A DNA stretch of 64,000 nucleotides, from positions 1 to 64,000 of the forward strand of contig CBFFRP010000198.1 in the NCBI GenBank assembly GCA_965644295.1, read 5' to 3'. Positions 1 to 12,589 of this stretch are shown here, piece by piece (within the stretch, counting starts at the first letter, position 1; every line of letters begins with the position of its first letter). The translations under genes were made by a program, and so were the position numbers. The notes under the pieces are model-generated. The model saw nothing but the letters and a program-made list of their open reading frames with translations, did no database searches and had not been told where the DNA came from. The stretch comes from Paraphysomonas bandaiensis. Its lineage: Eukaryota; Protista; Chrysophyceae.

Positions 1-292
1 TATTAGAATATGGACTGTATCCTAGTATATTCAATGTGGTACTTGAAGACAATGTACGAGAATACAGTGAAGTATGGTGATGTGTAGATGCTGTTATGAT
101 ATTGAGAAAACTGAAATAGTTTGCTCTTCAAGATATGTTTAGTAGCGAAAGGTCTACAGAAGTAGTGATTTATGCATGGCACAAAACGAGCTTGTGTTGT
201 TTAACACAATTCGTGTAAACGATATTAATAAATCTATCTAGTCTAACAACTTAATCTCTCTTTGATCTAAGTAAAATGAGCATTTCCCAACA
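1..292 (+). repeat. 5' LTR (TATT...AACA)
   Basis: Direct repeat of 5165-5457, followed immediately by the TGG PBS. Confidence 0.95.
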
Positions 293-860
293 TGGTAGCG
301 AGCGAGGAGGAGAGAAGGAGGATAGAGGAGTAGTTCCTCAGTTCAACGAGACTAACGTTGAACAATGGATTGAGGACTTCGAGACATTCCTTATGAGGAA
401 GGAACAAAGCGAGGTAGCGGTGGAACTGCCACCTAAGGAGAGCGAATTCGGGGAGCAGCCACTTACGTTGATGGAGGAGAAGGCGTACAGACAGGCTGTG
501 AAGAGGTATTGGAAGGCGAACGCCATAGCTTATTCTTACTGCAGGGATGCGGTGCAGCATTCCCCGAAAGCGCTGCGTAAATTCCATCTTACCCACAAAG
601 CGTTCAAGGCAGAAGGGAGTGGTGTAAACAGGTTCAAAACACATGTAATGATTGATGAGTTGAAGAAGTGTTTCTGCTGGAGGGAAGCAAAATAGGATCA
701 GTGACCTCTTAACTCAATATGGTTCTTTCCGTATGCGTCCGGAGGAGACGGCGAAGGACTACGTACTACGGTTCGAACTACTGCTGAAGGAACTACAGGA
801 GCAGCAGCAGGATATCTCGGAGGTATCAAAAAACAAGTCGACTACGAGAAGGCTTGCTCA
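276..860 (+). pseudogene. gag: Copia gag N-terminal region, frameshifted
   Basis: ORF 276-695, then gag-like peptide (RISDLLTQYGSFRMRPEETAKDYVLRFELLLKEL) in a shifted frame. About three +1 shifts are needed to join the pol ORF. Confidence 0.75.
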
Positions 861-3800
861 ATGAAGAAGTATGCTCAACTGAGAGTTGGATTATACTTGA
901 TGGATGATGATGTTAATTATGTAACTGTATCACGTAAGATAGAAGGCTATGATGATACTATGGCTGGGAAGGAAGCGTTGGAGAAGAAGCGTAAAAGAGT
1001 GGAGGAGCTGAACCTGATAGACAGTAAGAAACGATATCGCAGAGAGAGGGATCATCGTAAGAAGAACAACGGTAAGAAGAAGCCGATGAAGAAGGATACA
1101 GAGATTACAGGGCAGCGACCTGGAAGTGCCGAATATACTGGGTGCAGAAATTGTAAGTCAAAGGAACATCTTGCCATCGATTGTCCAGCATCGAAAAAGA
1201 AGTACTCGCAAAGCAAGAGCAAGGCTGTGAGGTTTCAAGATGGAAGGAAACCAGACAAAAGACTACTTACAGTTGAAAACATCAGGCGTGGAGAGCCAGC
1301 GGATTTGTCTGACGAAGACGAAGCAAATATGATCGAGCAACAGGAAGAGTATCACTTGTCATGTAATGTGTATGAGACGAATATATGCAGTAGTGTGCAT
1401 GAGGATATTCACTATACATACATTGATACCTGTTGTTCGTCATCAATGTTTTTGATAAATGATGTGAATATACTTGATAGTCATATGCACACATCAAAGG
1501 TTATTAATGGTTCGAAAAAAGGGTCAGAGATATGCGTCACGAGTGTAGGTTCCCGTGGAGCATGGAAGAACATTGAGGTATCAAGTCAGATAAATCGGTG
1601 TCTTTGTTCTGGACGGAAGTTGAACGATATGGGATATCGATTTACTGTATGGTATGGTATACAGATATATGACAGAAATACGGATGAGCTGGTGTTGGAG
1701 GGACCTATGAAGAATGGAATGACTGCTGTGCCAACACAGCAGTTATTGGAGCTTCCAGACGTATCGACATCCAGTGATTCAGAAGTAAATCTCAGTGACC
1801 GTACGGGTGAGGATGAACTGGAGCTGTTACATAGGAGAGCGGGTCATTTTAACAAGCATGCGTTGGTAGAAGCCCACAAAAGAATGCTAATTATTGGGAC
1901 TGGACTGAAACGAAAACATCTCTCGAAACGTGTTTCCAAAGAACAGTGTCTATGTGATGTATGCGCCAGGGCGAAGATCACCAGAGTAAGTTTTCGGACA
2001 AAGGATGAGGACTCCGTTCGTCCAAATTTCTCGGCCGATATAGCAGTATACTTAAATTGTCCAGCTCGAGGAGGGGAAATATATGTGCTCAAACTAACAC
2101 ACCATGCCAGTCGGATGTTCTGGTCGGAAGGGCTTGTTCATAGGACTGGGTCATCGGTACTGCAGGTTTTCAAGAAGATTTTTGAAGGAGATGTGAAAAG
2201 GTACAAATTAGAAATGCATCATTACCATGCAGATGGAGCAGGGGAGCTAATATGTGATGAGCTGCGACAATATCTTAGGTCACAGGGTTGCTATCAACAT
2301 ACGTGGAGCTCTACGGACTCTCCTGAGATGAACGCGATTGAGGAGCGGAAATTCAGGACCTGTGGTGAGATGACATTAGCGATGCTGATTCAGTCAGGAT
2401 TGCCTTCACAGTTTTGGCTAGATGCCTACATGGCAGCCAGGTACATATTAATTCGATTGCCTACAAAGACAGCGAAGGGGTATATGTCCCCTCTTGAATT
2501 TTTGACTGGTGAGGCTCCCAACCTGAAATATCTCAGAGTATGGGGGTGTCGTGCGTATGTCCTCACTACAAAGGCGGATCGACGGAAAGACTGGGACGAC
2601 AAGGCCCTTATCGGATATCTGATAGGATATTCAGATGAAAAGGTAGGATATGATGTATATCTACCTGCGACTGATAGGGTCGTCACGTCGGTACATGTAT
2701 TAACTGATGAGTCCATACCGTCACGCTCGGAGAGCTATTTCGCTGAGATAGATGCTCTTCGAGTGAAGGAGGCCGAGAGACCGAAAATTGTGTCTGACTA
2801 TGCGGGCTTAGAAGGTACATATCATATTGATGATGAGGATGGTCTTCTCTACAAGACCACGAGAGTAGTAGAACGAAAGGGGGTAATAGTAGCCTATCGA
2901 TCTCTGGTAACTGCAGGTCGGAAGCATATCGAGCACCGGGTGCCGATTCACGTCGAGGACGTAGTGCGAATGACTGCAGAAACTCCCGGGAATACCGGAT
3001 ATATAGGAAAGGGGGACGCCCTGAGTACTATGCCAGCCAGGGTGCTGGACCAGGGAAGACCTGGAGGGTTACAGGAGAGTCCTGACCCAACCTGTCAGGA
3101 GACAGCTGTGAGGTTGCAGACCTCTGAAGACTATGAGTCTGGGGTTGTGAGCGGGGCTCCTCCCACAACGCACGATGTGCGTGCTCAGGATGAGCAAGGT
3201 ACGGGTTCTTATATACCTCGTCGACCGATTGAACTAGATGGTGATGGTCGGGTCCGACGCAAACGGCTGCAGCGGAGACTGGCAAACGCGTCAGTTTTAG
3301 GAGAGATTAATATGGTTGAAGTACCGGATGCGCATAATATTGATCTTAACCATGCAGAGACAGAAGATATCAAGATACCAAATTCATATGCCGAGGCAGA
3401 GAGATCTCCACAGTATCAACAATGGAGAAAAGCTCGAATGGTGGAGAAGACATCATTGCTGAAAAGACGTGTCTTGAAGATCGTGAAAATTCCAAGCGGA
3501 GTGAAATTAGTTAGAGCGAAATATGTGCATACGGTGAAGCGAGACATACTAGGGAATATAGTAAAGTACAAGGCTCGGCTAGTGGCATTAGGAAATCTCC
3601 AAGAGAAGAAGGAGGAGGAGCCGTCCACTTTCGCTCCAGTGGTTAAGGGTATAACCATTAGACTAGTGTTAGCGATTGCGTTTATGTTACAGATGCATGT
3701 GCATCAATTAGATGTATCATCCGCATTTTGCTATGCAGATCTGGAGGATGACGTGTATATGGCACCTCCACCAGATGAGGAATTACTAGCTGGATGGTGT

Positions 3801-4991
3801 TTTCAACTAATCAAGGCATTGTATGGACTGCGATCTTCACCGCGACAGTGGAATAAACATATTGACAAGTTTATTAAATCATTGCATTTTACTCCGTGTA
3901 TTTTGGATACGTGTTTGTATATGCGATGGAGTAACGGAAAACTGCATTTATTATTGATATATGTTGATGATATCATAATTGCATCCGCTGATCTGACTTA
4001 CTTGGAAAGCGTAAAGCGTAGGTTCTGTGAAACATTCGAGATGCATGATCTGGGAGTGTGTAAGCGATTTCTGAACATCAGGATAACCAGAGGAGAAAAT
4101 TGGTATATGTTAGATCAATCTGAGTATGCTAAGAATATTATCAAGAAATTCAGCTCAGTTATGGGAAAGAGTAGTAAGAATAAGGAGGCCCCACTACCTA
4201 CTAATGTTCAGGATCTGTTGGCAGAGGAACGTGAACTTACGGAGGAGCAGAAGCAGTGGGTTGACTCATTTCCGTATCGGCAAATTATTGGAGCAGTGTT
4301 GTATCTAGCAATGCATACTAGACCTGATCTGGCTTATGCAGTGGGGTTATTGTCTCGATTTAGTAGTTGTCCGACATATGCATCGTGCAAACTGGCGATT
4401 CACTTATTGAAATATTTGCGTGGAACAATTGATGAGGGCATCAGATTCAGTGGGAGTGAGTTCGACTTACATGTGTTCAGTGATTCAGATTGGGCTGGTG
4501 ATAGACTGACTCGGCGATCGACAACAGGATACATTGTGTTCTTATGTGCAGGCGCATTGGCCTGGCAGTCTAAACTACAGACCACAGTTGCAACTTCGAG
4601 CATGGAATCTGAATATATGGCGGAGTATGCGGCTATGCAAGAACTGGTGTGGCTTCGGGGGGTGTTCAAGGAGCTCGGGCTCTTAGTTGCGAAGCCGACT
4701 CCATTCTTTATGGATAGCAAGAGTGCGAAAGATCTCTCCGAGAATCCTGTGTATCATAAGAGGTCGAAGCATATAGACATCAAGTATCACTGGGTGAGAG
4801 AGCATGTAAATGGAAAATTTCCTACGGCAAAGTTGATTCATGTGTCGACGGATGATATGGCGGCTGATATTTTCACGAAGGCATTGTCAACGAAACTTTT
4901 CAGTCGTCATGAGAAAACTATTACCGGGGTTAAGAGAAGTGTGTCAACCAGAGTTGAGGAGCAGCAGAAGAAGCGACCCCGAAGAGGTTGA
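861..4991 (+). CDS. pol: Copia polyprotein (Zn knuckle, protease, integrase, RT, RNase H)
   Basis: CRNCKSKEHLAIDC (CCHC), YIDTCCS protease, HRRAGH..CDVC, DDE integrase (SADIA/HADGAGE/EERK), YVDD, DSDWAGD, SKHIDIKYH, ADIFTK. Confidence 0.97.
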   Translation: MKKYAQLRVGLYLMDDDVNYVTVSRKIEGYDDTMAGKEALEKKRKRVEELNLIDSKKRYRRERDHRKKNNGKKKPMKKDTEITGQRPGSAEYTGCRNCKSKEHLAIDCPASKKKYSQSKSKAVRFQDGRKPDKRLLTVENIRRGEPADLSDEDEANMIEQQEEYHLSCNVYETNICSSVHEDIHYTYIDTCCSSSMFLINDVNILDSHMHTSKVINGSKKGSEICVTSVGSRGAWKNIEVSSQINRCLCSGRKLNDMGYRFTVWYGIQIYDRNTDELVLEGPMKNGMTAVPTQQLLELPDVSTSSDSEVNLSDRTGEDELELLHRRAGHFNKHALVEAHKRMLIIGTGLKRKHLSKRVSKEQCLCDVCARAKITRVSFRTKDEDSVRPNFSADIAVYLNCPARGGEIYVLKLTHHASRMFWSEGLVHRTGSSVLQVFKKIFEGDVKRYKLEMHHYHADGAGELICDELRQYLRSQGCYQHTWSSTDSPEMNAIEERKFRTCGEMTLAMLIQSGLPSQFWLDAYMAARYILIRLPTKTAKGYMSPLEFLTGEAPNLKYLRVWGCRAYVLTTKADRRKDWDDKALIGYLIGYSDEKVGYDVYLPATDRVVTSVHVLTDESIPSRSESYFAEIDALRVKEAERPKIVSDYAGLEGTYHIDDEDGLLYKTTRVVERKGVIVAYRSLVTAGRKHIEHRVPIHVEDVVRMTAETPGNTGYIGKGDALSTMPARVLDQGRPGGLQESPDPTCQETAVRLQTSEDYESGVVSGAPPTTHDVRAQDEQGTGSYIPRRPIELDGDGRVRRKRLQRRLANASVLGEINMVEVPDAHNIDLNHAETEDIKIPNSYAEAERSPQYQQWRKARMVEKTSLLKRRVLKIVKIPSGVKLVRAKYVHTVKRDILGNIVKYKARLVALGNLQEKKEEEPSTFAPVVKGITIRLVLAIAFMLQMHVHQLDVSSAFCYADLEDDVYMAPPPDEELLAGWCFQLIKALYGLRSSPRQWNKHIDKFIKSLHFTPCILDTCLYMRWSNGKLHLLLIYVDDIIIASADLTYLESVKRRFCETFEMHDLGVCKRFLNIRITRGENWYMLDQSEYAKNIIKKFSSVMGKSSKNKEAPLPTNVQDLLAEERELTEEQKQWVDSFPYRQIIGAVLYLAMHTRPDLAYAVGLLSRFSSCPTYASCKLAIHLLKYLRGTIDEGIRFSGSEFDLHVFSDSDWAGDRLTRRSTTGYIVFLCAGALAWQSKLQTTVATSSMESEYMAEYAAMQELVWLRGVFKELGLLVAKPTPFFMDSKSAKDLSENPVYHKRSKHIDIKYHWVREHVNGKFPTAKLIHVSTDDMAADIFTKALSTKLFSRHEKTITGVKRSVSTRVEEQQKKRPRRG

Positions 4992-5164
4992 AGGTGTGTT
5001 TTAGTGGGTGAGAATCCCACATAACTATATATCTAGTTGACTGCTAGTTATATATGTATCTTGATAAGATTTCACATCTATTTTACCTATGAGACTAGTT
5101 TATAGCATGAAGATCACTGTACTCATTGTTGTTTCGTATCACTGCATTCTACATTGAGTGGGAG

Positions 5165-5457
5165 TATTAGAATATGGACTGTATCCTAGTATATTCAATG
5201 TGGTACTTGAAGACAATGTACGAGAATACAGTGAAGTATGGTGATGTGTAGATGCTGTTATGATATTGAGAAAACTGAAATAGTTTGCTCTTTCAAGATA
5301 TGTTTAGTAGCGAAAGGTCTACAGAAGTAGTGATTTATGCATGGCACAAAACGAGCTTGTGTTGTTTAACACAATTCGTGTAAACGATATTAATAAATCT
5401 ATCTAGTCTAACAACTTAATCTCTCTTTGATCTAAGTAAAATGAGCATTTCCCAACA
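5165..5457 (+). repeat. 3' LTR
   Basis: Repeat of 1-292, preceded by the PPT. Confidence 0.95.
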
Positions 5458-5863
5458 CACCCCATATTCTTGTGGTGAAGTGTTTTATGGTGATTGCTTC
5501 TGTATTTACGTATTTACAGTTGGTCATTGTAGACTTGTAAACACACAGTCGCACAACTTACAAAATAGGGCTACACACGACACACGTGTTCTATTCTGGC
5601 CTGGAGGCCAAGTGTGAGTGTTATGTTGCACGTAGTGTTTGAAAAATATCTTGGCACTTTTCAATATTCGTGTCGATAATAATATCACTGATGCTTATGA
5701 AAAAGATAAACATACTGCAGATAGTTTGAACAGCATTTTCTTATTGCTTAATGATGCAGCCTTGAAATTACATGTTGACATGCTACTACATACTTGAAGT
5801 ACTATTCTGAGTATACACAGCGCAACTTTACTTCTGTATAGGAATGTCAAGGCGGCAACAATG

Positions 5864-7973
5864 CTACATTAATACACAGCACGATGATTTCTTCTTTATG
5901 TTTTTCTTATCTTTCATTCCAATGCGTAAGAGGTTCTCTTGAAGCATTCCACTGTCATGAGGAGTGGTATCATGACAACTTGATCGCTCTTCCTCGATGT
6001 TACTGAGACTGGACATCCTGTTCCCACGCACATCACTCTCCGAAGCCTTTTTAAGTTTCCTGTCGTTGATACCTCCTTTTCCCATATTGGTTGCGGAGTC
6101 TACAGAGGCTTCATCGGTGAAAACAGTACCATCCATGTCTTTAAGGTCAAGTTTCTGCCTTAAATTAGATGATTTGGGTTGATCCGTGTGGATACTCCCA
6201 GTGGACGCTATCTTAACTTTGTAGCTTGCTCTCCTCTCGGATGAACTCTGTTTTCGATCAGACCCCGCACTTCCCTTACGGTTCAGAGGTGCACGTATAC
6301 CAGCTGGAGACCCACCAGAGAGCACGGAGGATGCCCCATCATCTCTAGAGGAAACGAACGATGGCTGATAGCCACTCACCCGAGACGACCCAGAGTCGGA
6401 TACCTTTGAAGATACTACCTTCGGACCCAAAGGACTTGGGGTTGAACTTACCATAGCTGCTCTTGGAGCTTCAACCATCCCATTGGCCATTTTATCCTGA
6501 AGGTAGATATCTTTCTGGAGACTTAAATCGAGATTAAGAAAGCTGCGGACATGCATGCGTTCTTTATCGTTCATATACTGATAAGAGCTGATTAGGTCCT
6601 TCACCCAGGCGTCCAACATACGTGTCCTGAAAGACGAATATCGTTACTCCGTTCCATAACGCCGCAAGAATATTATACTCAACAACAAATTTAACATTCA
6701 CTAACCTCTCGGCGTGTTGATCTTCAGTTAAACTCATGCCTAGTGAGCTCTTCACATGGACAGTGGGGAAAGGGGCACCAACTCCAACCCCTTTTGCCGC
6801 CTCAATTTCAGCCTTCAAATCCACGAAGTCAGAAAAAACATGAGCAGCAGTGTATGGACGCTTTTCAGGATTGTAAACCAGTTGAATCTGCACAAAACAT
6901 TTCACAATTAGAAAGTGAGATTTACAATGTTGGGGTGCCGAATTCAATCTAAAACACCCTTCTTGCTAGACGTATATCATTGCATACATTATCTGCACTA
7001 CGTACGATACAGTAGTACTTTGTAGGGTTAGCTTAATACCTCGTACTCTGGATGACCACGGCTACGTTCGCCCCCTCGAATCACCCGTACTTTTAAAAGT
7101 TTGCCGGGCTGAACTTTTTGTACCACGCCAGTGTTGTCTGACATTACACTGCGCGTATCCATCGTGGAGGAAGCCGCTGAAACAACGCTAGGAGTAGCTT
7201 TTGGCCGAGTAGGAACAGTCGTGTTATCCACACCACTGAAGTCTACCCCAAATGATTCCTTTTTCTTTCCCCCGCCCATGAGGTTACTGAGTCGACGTTT
7301 CGCGCCCTTGATTATGCGCTTCCTCTTTTTCTTCTTCGGTACTCCGTTTTCATCCAGCGACCCTGTGGTGTACTCAGAGCCCACTGAAGTGGTTTCATCA
7401 GCATCAATTGGCAAACTCTTGCTGCTCGAAATTTTTAATGACGACAAGTCGGCAATTCCTCCATGCGTGGAGGTGTTGCCGCTTACAACCTCTGGGGCGC
7501 TTTGAATTTCTTCCGACCCATCTGGGCCATTTGGAAGGAAGAAAAAGCCCTCAATTATGTCTTTCAATTCATCGGGAACAACTTCAATACGGGTAACTAC
7601 ATAATACACCCATTGCTCTAAAGACATACGACAATGCTCCAACTCCTTCATTTTATTTTTATACTTAGCAGGAGACACCAGAGCAGCACTTGTTTCTTTA
7701 CTGATTGTTGGAAATGCAACATCACGTAGTGCATCAGTGCGATTGTTAATTTCTACATCAAGTGCTCCAAATTGAGAGAGGCGATAAGATACCTGTATAT
7801 ATATATATATATAACACACGTATCAAACTACTGCAAAATAATATATCATAAACTCTTACCTCCCATTCAATAGCACTAGTATTCCTTACATGAACATTAA
7901 AAACAAGTTCATTATCTTCAGGTATTCCACTTTGAACCCATATTTCTAATGATCTTGACTCTACTACAGCCAT
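5864..7973 (-). CDS. Tandem PX(-like) domain protein with C-terminal CaaX (CCVLM); spliced
   Basis: Exons approx. 7973-7860, 7792-7040, 6888-6705, 6626-5864 with GT-AG joins. PX-type motifs YRLSQFGAL..FP..LEQW and HPEYE..FSDFVDL..PFP..SSLG..ER..LDAW. Ends KKKSSCCVLM. Confidence 0.8.
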
Positions 7974-8612
7974 TAATACCTATCGCCAATATATAATAAT
8001 ATACTATAACAATAAATGCATTGAGATTGAATATGATATAATCTAATCTTAATAGATGATATTACTTTATCAAATTCATATAATATGGCATTGATAATGT
8101 TGTATGTATCTCTCTATAAGGGTGCCATATATACATACTATTAAACCACGCTTGTCCAACTATTTAGTGTATATACATACATTACCTCTCCTTGTATGTT
8201 TTTTTAATATATTGCACGGGTTATAAAACTCATAGTTTTTGAATAAAACTCTATGTTTTAAGTATATTTATTTCAAGTATATTGTAGAAATATATAAAAA
8301 TAAGGGTTTTGTAACTCTATTTTCTCTGGCGATTTGAAACCATATGGGAGTGATTATATACAAGTGTTGCAATATATGGATATGAAGATATCTCTAGAAG
8401 ATATAAAATACAGTCGAATACATACCGAATTATATACCATTATCTGGTGCCATCAGGAGCACCAGGTAGTATACAGACCTAAAAATGATGGTACTACGTA
8501 CTAATAAACACTCCAAAAGTGGTCTACAAAGCCCCTATTTTATCCTACATTTTATATAAATCCTGGTATTTTTTGATTACTATAAACAAGTAGGACTATA
8601 TATACTGCTGTA

Positions 8613-8735
8613 GTATCCTTTGTATATTTTTGTTCAAAAATGCCTCTAATATTGAGACAAAATTTGTCTGTATTTCAGCTGTAGTTGTATATCAGTAATA
8701 TAGAGTATATTTACTTCAATATATTTCCGAAAATT
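8613..8735 (-). repeat. Partial copy of ~150-bp MITE
   Basis: Similar to 8793-8945, 15077-15230, 20776-20930, 52650-52795. Confidence 0.75.
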
Positions 8736-8792
8736 ACGTATGAAGATATACGCAGAGCAGTGCTGTCACAAGAGTCTGCATCTTAATGTACA

Positions 8793-8945
8793 CGTATCGG
8801 CATCCTTTGTGTATTTTTGTTCCAAGATGCCTCTAATATTGAGACAACAATTATATGTATTCCATCCGTAGTTGTACTTCAGTAATATAGAAGATTTCTG
8901 CTTCAATTATTTTCCGAAAACGATAACATGCTGACTGCCGATACG
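8793..8945 (-). mobile_element. ~150-bp MITE, TIR CGTATCGGCA...TGCCGATACG, flanked by ACA direct repeat
   Basis: Perfect 10-bp TIR, ACA on both flanks, five copies in the window. Confidence 0.8.
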
Positions 8946-9926
8946 ACACTAATGCAAGCTGTACGAGCTCTCTCTTGCTATATATAGAATATATATATAA
9001 AAGAAGCATAACTTTATCAACTTCAGTATGTCTTATAGGCTCTATAGAGTTGCATACCACTGTATCCATGTATATAGACACTGATGTAGACTATAGAGGG
9101 GTGTGAACTGAATTAAGACTTTAATTATGGGTAAATTCATTCGTTTTATCTGTATAGATGATGGTACATGTGACTTATCACTCAATCCTGTATATCATAC
9201 ACGTGTATTTCATATACGTTCAACACACATAGAGAGAAATCAAATACATCTGGATACATCAACATGTAGATCCCGATAGATCATTCAACAATGCAATACT
9301 GCATCAGGTTGGAGCCAATGATCAGACTGCGGATATCATCACAAAAATCTATGGAAGGTATTAGGGGAAACTTGATTAATCGACTCAGAAATATGTGTAG
9401 ACTATGAGAAGGCCAGCGGAAATGTCGGAGTCATACATATACCAGTATGTCCAAGTGAATTTTGATAGTTGCGTATCCGTCAGTTGTGTCTCGTGAGGCT
9501 ACAGCTTTGAATTGAGAGGAAGAGTTGAGTTTTGCATGTGCTTATTAGCTGTATTATGACCATTACTTGAAGAATGCAGAGTTGAAAACAGTATTACTTG
9601 AGTTAATGAAGTGGTACGAATTATGATAGTGAAGTTGAAGTATACTGACTGTCTAAGATCATGTCTATCTAAGACAGGGCTAGGAAACAATATATTGTAT
9701 TGCAATACATTGTAAAATGTATTGATTGGTGGTGGGGCCAAAATTTCCATCAATATTGTTTCTGTTAAAGTGGCTCACAATATATTGCAAAATCTTATAA
9801 TAGTCATATACAGAAAGATTCTTAACTGTAGGGTAAAAAATATTAGTCCATGTATATAAATAACCGGAAAAATAAGAGAAAATCCTGTTTTTGATGTTAT
9901 TTTCTATTTTTTATGCATCACCAGAT

Positions 9927-10725
9927 CAGGGATAGGGAACAATATATTGCAATACTATTGTTAGATAGCGTTCCATCAATAGTATTGATGGATTTTTTAA
10001 ACCGGTCCTACAATACAATTACAATATATTGCAATATATTGTCAATGTATTGCGATATATTAGTTTGACTAATCAGTGGGTAAACACATCCGTAGATTTC
10101 ATTTTTAGTATTAGTCATTAAGATCACATGACAACCAAACCAACTGCTGCTTATAGCTACTAAAAATCCACCTCGTCCTCATCCTCTGAGCCATCATCGG
10201 TGAGGTCAACATCACCATATTCATCCACAGAATTAACTGAAATATGCTAGTATCCGGTCATAACTGTCGAATAGCTTTCTAAAACAACAGCATATTAAGT
10301 AGGATGGATACTTTTGCGCAACACTGATATAATATGTTTAGCTGTGCTGAACAGACGTTCCCATGTATTGGAAGTACATACCAAGGCCAGGCAACCGTTA
10401 ATGACTCGTGGATCTGTACGTTTCTTAATTTTTTGAGCTGACTGAAGATTTTTAGTCGCATAGTCAACATCAGCTTCATTATCCTTTGTAATGTTGTAAT
10501 CAATTTCTCGGTTATTTATATCCATTTTTCACGCTACAGTTGAGAATCTTCTCTTATATGACTATCATAATATTGATTGCAATATATTGCAATAGTATTG
10601 TGAGCTCTTTTAGCAGAAACACTATTGATGGAATATTTGACCAGTCCACCAATCAATATATTTTACAATATATTGCAATATATTGTACAATGTATTGCAA
10701 TACAATATATTGTTCCCTATCCCTG
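9927..10725. mobile_element. Nested hAT MITE with transposase C-terminal remnant
   Basis: TIR CAGGGATAGGGAACAATATATTG. 8-bp TSD CACCAGAT. Minus-strand TSNTWERLFSTAK hAT dimerisation-type motif. Confidence 0.92.
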
Positions 10726-11186
10726 CACCAGATCACCAGTACTCTACACCTCTACACATGTATGTACAGTACTTCTCTTAATATGACATATATATATAAT
10801 ATCATACTGATAAATAAAATGATTGCATACAAGAGTAGAGCTATTTACATATTTACTGCTGTTTTTGGAGTCCGGTTGAAGGTAAACCTGTTGAGTTCTG
10901 CAATATGATGTATGATGTGATATATATTATATATGAGCTATTGAAGTGAGTTAGTAGTGTGCAATAGGTGAAGTCAACTCATAGATGTAACGGGTGATTA
11001 TAGTTACAAAGGTATTAAACTCAGTTACTGATGTGTGACTATACAAGATATCAAGATATAGAACTGACTGATGAACATATGATGAACAGGTGTTGCTGAT
11101 AACAGATGTTTCATAAGATGTTACACAAATATGTAGTGAAGTGTTCAGAATAATAATTATAATTTCTTACTTGAAAGTGATTGACG

Positions 11187-12306
11187 CAGGTTGTAGTCAA
11201 TTATTATAATTGCAATTATTACTTGCTGTCTCAATTTCAATTATTGCAATTAACGGCAATTAATTGCAATTATTTAGTACTAAAATACACTAGCTGCTAA
11301 TATAGCTATACCTCAACTGTCATTTCATTCCAGAGGCGACGATTCATGCGTAAAAACATAAGAAGCTCTTTATTGTTGAGGAGTCAGGCGCAAGTGAATA
11401 ACCTTTCAACATTATTTTGGTTGATGCACGCAAGTGTTTCATGCTGCGGTAACGCGTTTGCTGGTTACGACTAGTTCGCATCCGCTGCCTGCCACCATTA
11501 ATCAAACGTTGCGTTACGTCGTCATTCGGAAATATACTCGCACCGTCATGATCTTCTTCTTCGTCATCGAGCAAAAATATTTTAATTTAATTTTTTGACG
11601 TCCGAGTTACGGCTTCGTTACCACATTGAACCTTCACGACTGCCTTGTGGAAAGCAGCGTTATGAATAATAGCAGCGCTGTCGCCCAGATGACGCTCAAC
11701 AATCGGGTGCCTTATGAGGAGTTCATCAAACAATAATATACAAACGTCGTGGAGGTCAAGCTGGTGTTAACCTTACTTCTGTAATTGTAAGGACACTAGT
11801 TAAAACAATTCCTATTCCTCCCGTATTGCACGAGCTTGGCATGCTCCTTTTCACTTGGGATTAGATTTAACACATCGGAACTAAACTCGAATGATAGCAT
11901 ATGATTAGATAGAAGCAAGTAGCGGTCAATCATGGAATGTGGAGCCCCTTTTCCTACAGGGCAAATATCTATTGCAGCCTCTTTGTCTTATTATCATTTA
12001 CTTTTTCAAATAACACTCGTGCAATGACTTCTGAAGCCAGATTGTCGCTCATATTGCTAATCAAGTTTTATGAATTACTATGTGAGATAATCCTATGGAC
12101 TATGGATATTACAGTCATTCAACAATCTTTGATTTTTATCCTCAAAATTTGGTTTATTCAATAAAATACCGTTCTTAAAAGCTTTTTAGCATAAAAATGT
12201 GTTTTTTAATATCAATTAATTGAAGCGAGCTAGAGTTAATTATAGTTGCAATTATGATTTGATGTCCCAATTTCAATAGTTGACAATTAATTGATACGCA
12301 TCCCTG
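11187..12306 (-). mobile_element. Third hAT-like element (decayed transposase) nested in 9675-12449
   Basis: End CAGGGATGCGTATCAATTAATTG shared with the copy at 54565. Remnant peptides LNLIPSEKE..LFDELL..HL...AAIIHNAAFHKAVVKVQ and HLRAST..ERLF. Confidence 0.7.
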
Positions 12307-12589
12307 TTCCTTACTGATTAGTCATACTAATATATTGCAATATATTGTAATTGTATTGTTGAGCCTGTTTAAAATCTCCATCAATAGTATTGATGGAACG
12401 CTATCTAACATTAGTATTGCAATATACATTATATTGTTTCCTAGCCCTGATCTAAGATATGATAGTATTGGTTTGAAAGCGTGACGAGACCATGAAATGA
12501 TGAGAAATGTCCGTCACAGTTTAATTAATTCATTATTGTGCTAGTTTAGTGTTCAGGGAACTACTATTACACTTCTAAAATGTCGAATT

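Larger units (their letters stand above)
1..5457 (+). mobile_element. Full-length Ty1/copia LTR retrotransposon (young)
   Basis: Near-identical LTRs at 1-292 and 5165-5457 (one 1-nt indel seen). PBS TGGTAGCGAGCG at 293. PPT GAGTGGGAG at 5156-5164. Domain order gag-PR-IN-RT-RH. Confidence 0.97.
9675..12449. mobile_element. hAT-family non-autonomous DNA transposon (composite)
   Basis: TIR CAGGGCTAGGAAACAATATA. Exact 8-bp TSD ATCTAAGA at 9667-9674 and 12450-12457. Confidence 0.92.
9180..12555 (+). mobile_element. Decayed copia 3' end (RNase H remnant, PPT, LTR), LTR split by hAT insertion
   Basis: KYIWIHQHVD...DQTADIITK at ~9240-9345. ACAGCTTTGAATTGAGAGGAAGAGTTGAGTTTTGC (~9500-9535) matches the PPT/LTR junction of the element at 33081-36080. 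LTR-like sequence resumes after 12457. Confidence 0.65.
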
